Notes: generated by a model from the letters alone, not told the origin. A stretch of DNA of 64,000 nt from an uncultured Chloroflexia bacterium (GCA_963813535.1 CAWEZH010000003.1:160001-224000); one strand, 5' to 3'; positions 27,692-36,979 are shown, counted from the stretch's first letter. Numbers and translations are program-made.

Positions 27692-28719
27692 GCCGCTCCG
27701 TCCGCGTCATGCTCCCCGTCGCCGCGATCGCGGTCGCCCTTGCCGGCGGTAGCCCGGTGGCTGCGCACGGTCCCGATCCCAGCCTCAGCGGTGGGCTCTT
27801 CGGCCAGAGCCAGGTCCTCGAGTTCCGCTGGCGGTCAGGCTCCGAGCCGCCCGGCGGCGTTCGGAACGCGGTCCTCGCGGCCGCCGCCGACAGCAACGCG
27901 AGCCGTTCATCGAAGGCGGCCACGTTCAGGTACGACAGTACGGGTCCGAACCTGATCGGCTACGGCACCGGATCGTGCGGCGTCAACGGGCTCGGCTGTT
28001 TCACCCGGACCGCTCCGACCGGCTTCACGATGTGGCTCCGCGAGCACGGCCGGGTCTTCGACTGGGGCACGCTGCGGTGGTGCCAGATGCAGGCATCGCC
28101 GACCAACGGCTGCTACGACGCCGAGACCATCGCGCTCGACGAGTTCGGGCACGTCGAGATCCTCAACCACCACGCGAACTACGCCGACGAACGTGACTAC
28201 ACGGATGCGGTCGTCCAGACGTTCTCCCGCACTCGCCCGAAGACCGGCTGGAACATGCACCGATACGGCATCTGCGACACCGCGACGCTGCAGGTCAGGT
28301 ACGACCTGCCCACGCTGTCGTCGCTCTACTCGCGGTGCCTCGACGTCGTCACGGTGCTCTCGCTCGCCGTGGATGACGCCTCGATCCCGTACGGCGGAGC
28401 CGTCGACTTCACATCGATCCTGAAGGTCGCGACCGACACCGACTATGGGCGGTTGAGCGCCAATCCGATCGGCGGCCGGACGATCCGGCTGCAGCGACGC
28501 GCCGTCGGATCCTCGACCTGGGCCAACCTGGCGACCCTCGCCGGGACCAGCCCGACGGGCACGTACGCCTCCACGCTCCGGTTGTTCGGCACGGCCGACT
28601 TCCGGACGGTGTTCTCGACCCCATCCAACGAAGGCGTCCGCGGCGACACGAGCCCGACGGTGCGCGTCACCGTCGCGCCGTGCACCGCGAACTGCCCGCA
28701 ACCGGTCGTTTCGGAGTGA
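27688..28719 (+). CDS. Secreted protein with matrixin/metzincin-like domain (DEFGHVEILNH) and C-terminal beta-sandwich
   Basis: Signal ending VAA/H; YDAETIALDEFGHVEILNH resembles the matrixin D.x.VAxHExGHxLGLxH motif; ATGA overlap. Confidence 0.65.
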   Translation: MSRSVRVMLPVAAIAVALAGGSPVAAHGPDPSLSGGLFGQSQVLEFRWRSGSEPPGGVRNAVLAAAADSNASRSSKAATFRYDSTGPNLIGYGTGSCGVNGLGCFTRTAPTGFTMWLREHGRVFDWGTLRWCQMQASPTNGCYDAETIALDEFGHVEILNHHANYADERDYTDAVVQTFSRTRPKTGWNMHRYGICDTATLQVRYDLPTLSSLYSRCLDVVTVLSLAVDDASIPYGGAVDFTSILKVATDTDYGRLSANPIGGRTIRLQRRAVGSSTWANLATLAGTSPTGTYASTLRLFGTADFRTVFSTPSNEGVRGDTSPTVRVTVAPCTANCPQPVVSE

Positions 28720-28724
28720 GCTCG

Positions 28725-29285
28725 ATGATCAGAGGCCTGAGATCCAAGCGTGTGCCGTCCGGCGTCGCCGTGCTCGTGCTGGTCGTGCTGGGCTGCTCGT
28801 CGACCACCGTGTCCACGGCCACGCCGGTCAGCATCGCCACGCCCTCCAGCGCATCCGTGGGACCGAGTCCAGGCGCGGCCACGCCCGCTCCGACTCGGGG
28901 CGTCACGGCGCCACCGGCCGACACCGCACCACCGGCAGCGACGCTCGTCGCGGAAGGCGGCGACCCCGTGGTGGGCCAGCTCGGGACGTACGCCTGGCGT
29001 GACGGTGGCTCCGACAGTCCCTGGCTGCCCGGCGCCCCGATCGCGGTCGGCGCCGGCGAGCCGCTGTCGCTCAGCCTCGAGCCAGCGACCGGGATCGCCT
29101 CATGGCGGGCGCGGTCGGTCCCGGCGTCGGCCGACGGCCCGGAGGGCGCGGCGTCACTCGGCGAAGGTTCGGGTTCCCCGGCATTCGCCGCGCCGGGTGC
29201 GGGCACGTGGACGATCGAGGTCCACGTCGTGTTCGACGACGGGCTGGGCGATGCGAGCTACTTCTGGCGCCTGGACGTCACCTAG
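28725..29285 (+). CDS. Hypothetical lipoprotein
   Basis: Lipobox VLGC, Pro/Ala/Thr linker, Trp-rich Ig-like domain ending ASYFWRLDV. Confidence 0.7.
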   Translation: MIRGLRSKRVPSGVAVLVLVVLGCSSTTVSTATPVSIATPSSASVGPSPGAATPAPTRGVTAPPADTAPPAATLVAEGGDPVVGQLGTYAWRDGGSDSPWLPGAPIAVGAGEPLSLSLEPATGIASWRARSVPASADGPEGAASLGEGSGSPAFAAPGAGTWTIEVHVVFDDGLGDASYFWRLDVT

Positions 29286-29351
29286 CCGCTGCGAAGCACA
29301 ACCCGGAGGCCCTGACCGAAGGTGAGGCTCGTACCGCCCGGGGGCGGCGGG

Positions 29352-29633
29352 TCACGCCTCGGTCGCGACGGGCTGTCCCGCGGAGAAGATCGAGACCTGG
29401 GCGTCCTCCGGCAGCATCACACCGAAGACCTTCTGGAGCGCCAGCGTATGGGCGCACGATCCCCAACTCTCGAAGTAGTGGCAGGTGCAGCGCCACTGAC
29501 CGGAATCGAGGGCGACATGGTGCGTGTCGTTGTCGCCGCGAAACGTGAGCGAAAGACGATCGATGGTCATCCGATCGAGCTCTCGCGCGTAGCGATTCGC
29601 CTTCTCGACCTTGCCGATCAGGGAGCTGTGCAT
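29352..29633 (-). CDS. Small SWIM-type zinc-finger protein
   Basis: WRCTC-x7-CAH SWIM motif; GGAGG RBS before MHSSLIGK. Confidence 0.8.
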   Translation of the reverse strand: MHSSLIGKVEKANRYARELDRMTIDRLSLTFRGDNDTHHVALDSGQWRCTCHYFESWGSCAHTLALQKVFGVMLPEDAQVSIFSAGQPVATEA

Positions 29634-29766
29634 CTCGAGCAACCTCCGTCGCCGCCTGGGCGCTCTCGGGGCCGCCGTCCGGTCTGCACCATCGACCGGT
29701 GGTGGCGGTCGCGTCACTGAAGCCTACACCTCGCGCCCTCCGAGGTCACCCCCAAATCGTCCCGCA

Positions 29767-30129
29767 TCAGGGCGCGTTGGTCCCCTCCCGGCCGAAATCG
29801 TCCTGCAGCCGGATGACGTCGTCGAGCTCCGGCGTGGACACCTCGATGAGTTCGCAGCGCTCGATCGCCTCGAAACGATGGATGCGGCCGGTCGGGATCT
29901 GCCGAGCTTCGCCGGCAGCCAGTTCGTGCTCCTGGACGACGCCCTCGTCGTCCTCCAGGTACAGCCGCAGCCGCCCGCTGTGGACGAGGATGCTCTCGTC
30001 CTTGATCTCATGGCGTTGCAGCGAAAGCCGCTTGCCGGCCTCGATCACCAGGACCTTTCCCACGTAGCGGTCCGTGTGCGCCCAGATCAGCTCGTGGCCC
30101 CACGGCTTGTCGACGCGCCGGCCGGTCAC
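29767..30129 (-). CDS. Cupin protein, type II mannose-6-phosphate isomerase-like
   Basis: KPWGHE, LSLQRH...KDE, HRF, EVSTPELDDVIRLQDDFGR; GTGA overlap with the PGM stop. Confidence 0.85.
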   Translation of the reverse strand: MTGRRVDKPWGHELIWAHTDRYVGKVLVIEAGKRLSLQRHEIKDESILVHSGRLRLYLEDDEGVVQEHELAAGEARQIPTGRIHRFEAIERCELIEVSTPELDDVIRLQDDFGREGTNAP

Positions 30130-31607
30130 GAGCCGCGTACCAGGCGCTCGCCGGCGACGAGCATCGCGTCCCGCGTCTCGGCCGAGGTCGCCTCCGTGTA
30201 GACCCGGACGAGCGGTTCGGTGCCGGACGCGCGGATCAGCAACCACGAGCCATCGTCGAGGAAGAACTTGAAGCCGTCGTTCGTGTCGAGGCCGACGGTC
30301 CGCGCCACCGGCTCGCCGGCCAGGTCGGTCGGACCGCCCTTGGCGAGATCGACCAGCAGCCGGCGCTTGACCTCCGGGTACTCGGCACGGTCGACGTGGA
30401 CGTCGACCCGGCGGTAGAACGATGGGCCGGCGATCTCGTGGAAATGCTCGATGACCGTCGAGACCGGCCAGCGGCCCGCGGCGCGCTCCCGGAGGAAGAG
30501 GTCGAGCAGCAGCAGGTCGGCATAGATCCCATCGCGCTCCGGGAGGTGCATCCCGAAGCCGAAGCCACCCAATTCCTCGGCGCCCATCATCGCGCCGGTC
30601 TCGATCATCTTCGGACCGATGAACTTGAAGCCGACCGGCGTCTCATGGACGGCGATGCCGTATCGCCCGCCCAGCCGTTCGGCCATGGACGTGTTGTTGA
30701 CGCTGACGACGACCGGGTCGCGCCAGCCCCGATGCTCGGCGAGGTAGTACATCAGGAGCCCGGTGACCTGGAGCTGGTGGATGAATGTCCCCCGCTCGTC
30801 GGCCGCACCGGCACGGTCGGCATCGCCGTCGAGCAGCAGCGCCAGGTCATATCCGCCGCCGACGACGATGCCCAGCGCCTCATCGACGTTCGGCGGGATC
30901 GGCTCGGGGTTGATGCCGCCGAAGAACGGGTTGCGCTCCTCGTGGATCTCGTGGATGCGGATCGTGCCGCCACCGAGCATTCGGCCGATCCAGCCGGCAC
31001 CTGCGCCGAACAGCGGATCGACGAGGACGGAGATATCGGCCGCGCGAAGCGCGTCGAGATCGACCGTCCGGCGCACGAAGCGCTCGTAGCCGTCGTAGGG
31101 ATCGAACGTTTCGACCATGCCGGCAGCGTCAGCGTCGGCCAGCGGTCGACGGTCGATCGGCACGCCACCGTTGACCGCCAGCCTGGACTCGATCGCGGAG
31201 AGGATCTCGGGACCGGCAGCCGCGCCGGTCGGGGCCTTGACCTTGAACCCGTTGTCGACCCACGGGTTGTGGCTTGCGGTGATCACGATGCCGGCCGCGG
31301 CGCCCCGTTCCACGACCTCGAACGAGCTCATCTGGGTCGGCACGGCCTGGCGCGCCAGCGCGACCGGGATGCCGCGGGCGAGGAGCACCTCGGCGGCGGC
31401 TGCCGCGAAATGCTCCGACGCGAACCGCCGGTCGAAGGCCACGACCACGCCCCGCTCGGTCGTTCCCTCCTGTTCCACGTAGTGGGCGACACCATCGGCG
31501 CACCGCCGCACGTTGTCGAACGTGAACTCGTCGGCGATCCGCGCACGCCAGCCGTCGGTGCCGAAGACGATCGTCGTGGGCTGGGTCACACCGGCAGTCG
31601 CGGACAC
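30126..31607 (-). CDS. Phosphoglucomutase/phosphomannomutase
   Basis: FGTDGWR, TASHNP, DGDADR, RASGTEP. Confidence 0.95.
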   Translation of the reverse strand: MSATAGVTQPTTIVFGTDGWRARIADEFTFDNVRRCADGVAHYVEQEGTTERGVVVAFDRRFASEHFAAAAAEVLLARGIPVALARQAVPTQMSSFEVVERGAAAGIVITASHNPWVDNGFKVKAPTGAAAGPEILSAIESRLAVNGGVPIDRRPLADADAAGMVETFDPYDGYERFVRRTVDLDALRAADISVLVDPLFGAGAGWIGRMLGGGTIRIHEIHEERNPFFGGINPEPIPPNVDEALGIVVGGGYDLALLLDGDADRAGAADERGTFIHQLQVTGLLMYYLAEHRGWRDPVVVSVNNTSMAERLGGRYGIAVHETPVGFKFIGPKMIETGAMMGAEELGGFGFGMHLPERDGIYADLLLLDLFLRERAAGRWPVSTVIEHFHEIAGPSFYRRVDVHVDRAEYPEVKRRLLVDLAKGGPTDLAGEPVARTVGLDTNDGFKFFLDDGSWLLIRASGTEPLVRVYTEATSAETRDAMLVAGERLVRGS

Positions 31608-32687
31608 TCAGCCTCCAACCTGCGCGCAGCGTTCGATGAGCGACTCGACGACGCCGATGTCCGGCGCTGACCCGCGCAGCAGCGCGATCGGCTGCGCGGC
31701 CGTGATGCTACCGCGCTCCGGCGGGACGATGACCCCCAATCGACCGTCGACGCGGCGGACGACGAGGTCGTCGCGCTCGACCGAGACGGTCTCGCCGGGC
31801 TGGATCACGGTCCCCTCGCCGCGGGCGCCGATCGCCGCCAGGAGGGCCGACCAGGAGCCGAGGTCCGACCAGCCGACGTCCATCGATGCCATCACGACCT
31901 GCCCATTGCGGGCTGCGCCCTCCATCACGGCGTGGTCGATCGAGAGCGGCTGCTGGATGGCCTCATATGCCCGCTCGAGCAGCTGTGGCGCGCCGGCCAT
32001 CGGCTCGAGCGACTGGACGAGGCCGGTGTAGCGCAGCAGGGCGGAACGGATGGCCTGACGCCGCCACAGGAACATGCCGGCGTTCCACGCCGCGCCGGCG
32101 ACGCGCTCGAACAGGTCCTCCGCGCGCGCGGGTTTCGGTTTCTCCTCGAACGCCTGGAGCGGATAGGCGCGGATCGGCGCTTCGGCCGGCCCGACGTCCT
32201 CACCGCGTCCGAGATCCGGCAGCAGGTAGCCGTACTCCGTGGCCGGCCGGGTCACCTGTGTCCCCAGTGTCACGAGCGGGTCCTCGACGCCGAATGCACC
32301 GGTCGCCAGGTCGGCGGCCGCGATCCGCAGGACGCCCTGGTACGTCCCCTCGCGATCTGGCGCGATATGGGCATCGGCCGGGATGACGAGCATGACCTCG
32401 TCCATGGGCCGGTCGATGGCCGCGGTCGCCAAGGCGATCGCCGCCGCCGTGTTGCGACCCATCGGCTCGAGCAGCAGCGCGACGTCCGGGAGTTGATCGC
32501 GGACGAGGCGCTCGTAGCGCCGGTCGGTGACGACGGTGATGTCGCCCGTCAGGGAACCCAACCGTCGCGCGGTCGCCTGGAGGAGCGTCTCGCCACCGAG
32601 CAGCGGCAGGAATGGCTTCGGACGTTCGGAGCGACTCAGTGGATGGAGACGCGTCCCCCCGCCGCCGGCCATGATGACGGCATACAT
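31608..32687 (-). CDS. manC: Mannose-1-phosphate guanylyltransferase (no fused cupin)
   Basis: MAGGGGTRLHPLSR...PKPF, EPMGRNTA, FEEKP, WNAGMF, WSDLGSW. Confidence 0.88.
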   Translation of the reverse strand: MYAVIMAGGGGTRLHPLSRSERPKPFLPLLGGETLLQATARRLGSLTGDITVVTDRRYERLVRDQLPDVALLLEPMGRNTAAAIALATAAIDRPMDEVMLVIPADAHIAPDREGTYQGVLRIAAADLATGAFGVEDPLVTLGTQVTRPATEYGYLLPDLGRGEDVGPAEAPIRAYPLQAFEEKPKPARAEDLFERVAGAAWNAGMFLWRRQAIRSALLRYTGLVQSLEPMAGAPQLLERAYEAIQQPLSIDHAVMEGAARNGQVVMASMDVGWSDLGSWSALLAAIGARGEGTVIQPGETVSVERDDLVVRRVDGRLGVIVPPERGSITAAQPIALLRGSAPDIGVVESLIERCAQVGG

Positions 32688-32733
32688 GCGCCGACCATCG
32701 TAGCGCCGCCCGGTGGCACCGAGCGGCCGCGCG

Positions 32734-33645
32734 TCACTGGGCGAGCACCACCCACTTGCCCTCCCAGGGGACGCTCCGCTGCCACTCGTGGTAGCGCGTG
32801 AAGACCTCGCGGAACTGGGAGACGGTCAGGTACTTCCACGGCCAGCGGTCGCGGCTCGTGCCGAGCGGTCCACTGACGTACAGGCCCAGCAGCGTCTTCT
32901 TCGACGGCTCGCTCCGGTCATACGTCTGCTTGTACCCGAGGACGACCCAGGCGTGCGTGCCGGAGAAGACGGTCACGCCGACCGGGTGACGGGTCTTCGC
33001 GATGGAGGCCGCGATGGAGGCGATCGCCTTGTCCTTGTTCGTGTAGGCGCGCGGGTAGTACGGCCGGCCGTTCGTGAAGTAGCGCAGCGACCAGCCCCAA
33101 CCCTGGGGATCGTTGCCGCGCGTCGCGTATCGGTACTTGTTGTGCTGGCGGGTCAACTTGTAGATGTAGCTCTGGCGCGAGTACGCCTTGTTGCTGGTCC
33201 CGAGCACGAGATTGGCCATCGTCTGCACCGTGGCCGGGACACACCAGTAGCCGGTGTACTGGCGGACCATCGCCGAGTAGCGGTAGAGGTTGCGGCTCTG
33301 GAGGACCGTGCCCGAGGTCGCCGCCGGCGTGGCGGTCGGCGACGGGCTGTCATCGTCGTCGTCGTTCGGCGTCGGCGGCTGGGTCGGGGGCTGGTAGGCG
33401 ACCTTGTTCGTCGGCTCCGGCGCTGACGTGGGTGCCGGTGTGGGCGACGCTGTCGGGGCCGCCGTCGGGGTCGGGCTCGGCGACGTGGTCGGCTCGGCCG
33501 CCGGCTCTGGTGTCGACTCGAGCGAGGGGGCCGGTGTTTCGTCGGCCGCGGCCGACCACGGCATCGCGCCGAGCGCCGTCAGGCCGAACGCGGCTGCGAG
33601 GATCACGCGGGGCAGGCGGGCACGCGCCGCCGGTCGTCGCTCCAT
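32734..33645 (-). CDS. Secreted C39-like (papain-fold) cysteine peptidase
   Basis: Signal peptide, Pro/Thr linker, Q-x4-WCVPA and GTHAWVVLGY motifs; Lys/Arg/Tyr-rich. Confidence 0.65.
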   Translation of the reverse strand: MERRPAARARLPRVILAAAFGLTALGAMPWSAAADETPAPSLESTPEPAAEPTTSPSPTPTAAPTASPTPAPTSAPEPTNKVAYQPPTQPPTPNDDDDDSPSPTATPAATSGTVLQSRNLYRYSAMVRQYTGYWCVPATVQTMANLVLGTSNKAYSRQSYIYKLTRQHNKYRYATRGNDPQGWGWSLRYFTNGRPYYPRAYTNKDKAIASIAASIAKTRHPVGVTVFSGTHAWVVLGYKQTYDRSEPSKKTLLGLYVSGPLGTSRDRWPWKYLTVSQFREVFTRYHEWQRSVPWEGKWVVLAQ

Positions 33646-33737
33646 GACCACAGCCTACCGCCCGGGGGCCAGCCCCTGCGCCCTCCCCGATGGTCCCAAC
33701 CCGTTGCGAGCCGGCACCGGACCGCGACGTTCGCAGC

Positions 33738-34292
33738 TCAGTAGCTTGGCGGCGTGATGCAGAACAGCACGATCGCGCGGCCGGACCCGTGATTGACGTT
33801 CCAATGCGGGACGCGGGACGGATACGTGATCGCATCCCCCTCCCGCAGGACGTAGTGCTCGTCGGCGACCCACAGGTCGAGAACCCCCTCGAGGATGACC
33901 ACCACCTCCTCATCGGAGTCGTGCGTGTAGGGGTCCGCACCCGTGCCGCCACCCGGCTCGATCGTCGAAAGGATCACCTGGAGGCGTCCGGCGGCGTTCG
34001 ATGTGAGGAACTCGTCGACGGCCTTGAGGCCGGGATACGCGACCCGACGTCGCGCCTCCCGGCGGACGACCCGACCCGTGTCCGCATCCTCCGCGAACAG
34101 CTGGGCGATGGACAGGTCCAGCGCGCGGGCGATCCGATGGACGGTGGCGATCGACGGGCTGGTCACGTCCCGCTCGACCTGCGAAAGGAAGCTCTCGGTG
34201 ACCCCGGCGCGCTCCGCCACGTCGCGCAACGTCAGGCGACGCGCCTGGCGCAGCGAGCGGATGCGCGACCCCAGTTGGAGCTCCGTGACCAC
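33738..34292 (-). CDS. XRE-family HTH-cupin transcriptional regulator (PuuR-like)
   Basis: LGSRIRSLRQARRLTLRDVAERAGVTESFLSQVER plus cupin (HDSDEE...PH); divergent from the pot operon. Confidence 0.92.
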   Translation of the reverse strand: MVTELQLGSRIRSLRQARRLTLRDVAERAGVTESFLSQVERDVTSPSIATVHRIARALDLSIAQLFAEDADTGRVVRREARRRVAYPGLKAVDEFLTSNAAGRLQVILSTIEPGGGTGADPYTHDSDEEVVVILEGVLDLWVADEHYVLREGDAITYPSRVPHWNVNHGSGRAIVLFCITPPSY

Positions 34293-34333
34293 GGTCCGGG
34301 CGTCCTCCGCTGCACGGGCGACCTGCGGTTCCG

Positions 34334-34350
34334 CTGAAGTATAGGTTCAG
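34334..34350. promoter_or_regulatory. Palindromic operator candidate CTGAA-N7-TTCAG
   Basis: AT-rich inverted repeat enclosing a minus-strand TATACT -10 box in the regulator/potA intergenic region. Confidence 0.55.
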
Positions 34351-34411
34351 GATGCCACGAGGACGCCGATTGGCAAGGGGCGGAGCCTGCGAGATTCGCA
34401 CGTCCTGCGCG

Positions 34412-34440
34412 TTGACGGTTGACGGCATCGCCCCTAGGAT
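34412..34440 (+). promoter_or_regulatory. Sigma70-type promoter of the pot operon
   Basis: TTGACG, 17 nt, TAGGAT. Confidence 0.75.
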
Positions 34441-34506
34441 GCGGAGGCCTGTACCCCAGCTACAGGACCGCTGCTCGATGTCCGCACCATCGCGCGAGGA
34501 CCGCCG

Positions 34507-35685
34507 TTGACCGCTTCCCCGACGATCGACGCCCGGCCTGACCATCCGTCGACTCCTGCCCCCCAGCGGGCCGGCGCACCGGATGTCCAGATCCAGCGTG
34601 TCACCAAGCGCTTCGGATCGGTCACGGCCGTCGACGGCATGGACCTGTCGATCGAGCATGGCGAGTTCTACTCGCTGCTCGGGCCGTCGGGCTGCGGCAA
34701 GACCACCACCCTGCGCATGATCGCCGGCTTCGAGCAGCCGACCGAGGGCGAGATCTTCCTCGCCGGCAAGCCGATCGCTGGAGTGCCGCCCTATCAGCGC
34801 AACGTCAACACGGTCTTCCAGCACTACGCGCTATTCCCCCACATGGACGTCGCACAGAACGTCGGCTACGGCCTCCGCCAGCGCAAAGTGGACAAGAAGG
34901 AGGAGGAGCGCCGCGTCACCGAGGCGCTCGGGCTGGTGCGCCTGTCCGGCTACGACAAGCGCCGGACCTGGGAGATGTCCGGCGGCCAGCAGCAGCGAGT
35001 CGCCCTGGCTCGCGCGCTGGTGAACCGCCCGACCGTCCTGCTCCTCGACGAGCCGCTCGGCGCGCTCGACCTCAAGCTCCGCAAGGAGATGCAGCTCGAG
35101 CTGAAGGCGCTCCAGCGCGAGGTCGGGATCACCTTCGTGTACGTGACCCACGACCAGGAAGAGGCATTGACGATGAGCGACGTCATCGTCGTGATGCGTG
35201 ACGGCCTGGTCCAGCAGAAGGGCGATCCGACCACGCTGTACGAGCGGCCGGTCAACCGCTTCGTCGCCGATTTCATCGGGACGTCGAACTTCATGGAAGC
35301 CACGGTCGTCGAGGATCTCGGCGATGGCCGGGTCGCGGTGCGGAGCGGCGGCGGAGTGACGCTCCGCGGCGGCCTGACCGACCCGGGTCACACGGCGAGC
35401 GCCGGCGATGCCGTCGTCGTGGCGACCCGACCGGAACGCCTCGAAGTGGTGCCTGCCGACGCCGCATCGCCCGCGGGTGCCGGTATCACGCAGATCCGGG
35501 GCAGGGTCCAGCAAGGGACCTACCTGGGCGACCAGACGGAATACCGCGTCGACACGGAGGAGGCGGGCGAGCTGATCGTGCGCCATCAGAATGCCGCGGG
35601 CGCCGGGGGCGCCCCCGGGGTCGGTCCGGGTGACCCGGTGGTCGTCCGGTGGCAAGAGGAGGCGAACCTCATCCTCGCTGGATGA
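34507..35685 (+). CDS. potA: Polyamine ABC transporter ATPase
   Basis: GPSGCGKTT, VFQHYALFPH, SGGQQQRVALARALVNRP, VTHDQEEAL; TOBE tail. Confidence 0.92.
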   Translation: MTASPTIDARPDHPSTPAPQRAGAPDVQIQRVTKRFGSVTAVDGMDLSIEHGEFYSLLGPSGCGKTTTLRMIAGFEQPTEGEIFLAGKPIAGVPPYQRNVNTVFQHYALFPHMDVAQNVGYGLRQRKVDKKEEERRVTEALGLVRLSGYDKRRTWEMSGGQQQRVALARALVNRPTVLLLDEPLGALDLKLRKEMQLELKALQREVGITFVYVTHDQEEALTMSDVIVVMRDGLVQQKGDPTTLYERPVNRFVADFIGTSNFMEATVVEDLGDGRVAVRSGGGVTLRGGLTDPGHTASAGDAVVVATRPERLEVVPADAASPAGAGITQIRGRVQQGTYLGDQTEYRVDTEEAGELIVRHQNAAGAGGAPGVGPGDPVVVRWQEEANLILAG

Positions 35686-35726
35686 GGCGGCCAGGGCCCG
35701 GGTCGACCGGGAGGAGGAGATCGATC

Positions 35727-36959
35727 GTGGCAGACCAGGAGATCGAACGGGTCATCCGGCGCATCCAGAGTCTCGAGCGCGTGCCGCTCAGTCGCCGGGG
35801 CTTCATGTGGGCGAGCGCCATGTCGGCGAGCGTTGCGTTCCTCGCGGCCTGCGGTGGCGGGACGACCGCGTCGTCGGCCCCCTCGGCCGCCCCGAGCGCG
35901 GCGCCGCCGGCCAGCGGCGCGTCCGGCGCGCCTGCGGCCGAGGCGTCCTTCGCGACCGAGGGCGCCCTGTTCATGTACAACTGGGCGGAGTACATCGACC
36001 TCGAGAACATCGAGGAGTACAAGGCGCGCTACAACATCGGCGAGTTCACCTACGACATCTACGACTCGAACGAGGCGCTCCTGACGAAGCTCGATGGCGG
36101 AGCCACCGGGCTGTACGACATCGCTTCGCCGACGGCCGAATTCGTCAAGGTCATGGCGGACAAGGGCTACATCGTCGAGCTGCCATTCGACCGCCTGCCG
36201 AATGCCGCCAAGGTCAGGCCCGACTTCCAGAACTTCTACGACCCCAATGGTCCCGACGCCAAGTACAACGGCTACCACATCCCGAAGGACTGGGGCACGA
36301 CCGGGATCGCGATGCGCAAGAAGGTCGTGACCGAGGACATCAAGACCTGGAAGCAGTTCTTCGAGGTGGCCCCGAAGTACTCGGGCCGGATCGTGATGGT
36401 GGAGTCCGCCGGCGACGTGTTCACCGCGCCGCTCAAGGCACTCGGCTTCTCGCTCAACTCTACCGACCCGGCCGAGCTCGGGGAGGCACGCAAGCTCCTG
36501 CAGGGGATCGCCCCGCACGTCCTTGCCCTCGACTCGAACGACTATGGCGACAAGCTCGCCACCGAGGAGGCGGTCCTTGGCCTCGTCTGGACCGGGGGTG
36601 TCGTGAGCCTCCGCGATGAGCCCGAGACCGCCGATATCGAGTACATCATCCCCGAGGATGGGACGCTCTTCTGGCTGGATACGTGGGTGCAGCTCACGGA
36701 CGCTCCGCATCCTGAAGCCGGCCTCGCCTGGCTGAATTTCATCCACGAGCCGGCGATCCAGGCCAAGGAGACCGAGACCAACCGCTACGCCACTGCCAAC
36801 GACGAGGCAAAGGCTCTCGTCGCTCCTGAGATCCTGAACGACCCGACGGTCTTCGTCCCGGACGAGCTCCTCCCCAGCCTCGAGGGAGCCCAGGACGTCT
36901 CGACCGACCCGCTTCGTGTCGAGATCTGGGAGGAGTTCAGCTCCAGCATCGGCGGCTAG
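35727..36959 (+). CDS. potD: Polyamine ABC substrate-binding lipoprotein with Tat signal
   Basis: SRRGFM...LAAC; YNWAEYID, YDSNE, WGTTGI; GGAGGAG RBS. Confidence 0.88.
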   Translation: MADQEIERVIRRIQSLERVPLSRRGFMWASAMSASVAFLAACGGGTTASSAPSAAPSAAPPASGASGAPAAEASFATEGALFMYNWAEYIDLENIEEYKARYNIGEFTYDIYDSNEALLTKLDGGATGLYDIASPTAEFVKVMADKGYIVELPFDRLPNAAKVRPDFQNFYDPNGPDAKYNGYHIPKDWGTTGIAMRKKVVTEDIKTWKQFFEVAPKYSGRIVMVESAGDVFTAPLKALGFSLNSTDPAELGEARKLLQGIAPHVLALDSNDYGDKLATEEAVLGLVWTGGVVSLRDEPETADIEYIIPEDGTLFWLDTWVQLTDAPHPEAGLAWLNFIHEPAIQAKETETNRYATANDEAKALVAPEILNDPTVFVPDELLPSLEGAQDVSTDPLRVEIWEEFSSSIGG

Positions 36960-36979
36960 GCGGGAGCGGACCTGATCCG

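Noticed and set aside
25201-27768. 855-aa ORF suggesting a giant BtuF
   Set aside because: The extension runs through the riboswitch and antisense to another gene; the lipoprotein signal starts at 26214.
30565-30585. PGM sugar-binding motif reads GAEELGG rather than GxEESGG
   Set aside because: A single TCG-to-TTG change would explain it, and it cannot be told apart from sequencing error in this assembly.
33330-33540. Pro/Thr/Ser/Ala-rich quasi-repeats here and in several lipoproteins
   Set aside because: Ordinary low-complexity linkers, not CRISPR or tandem DNA repeats.
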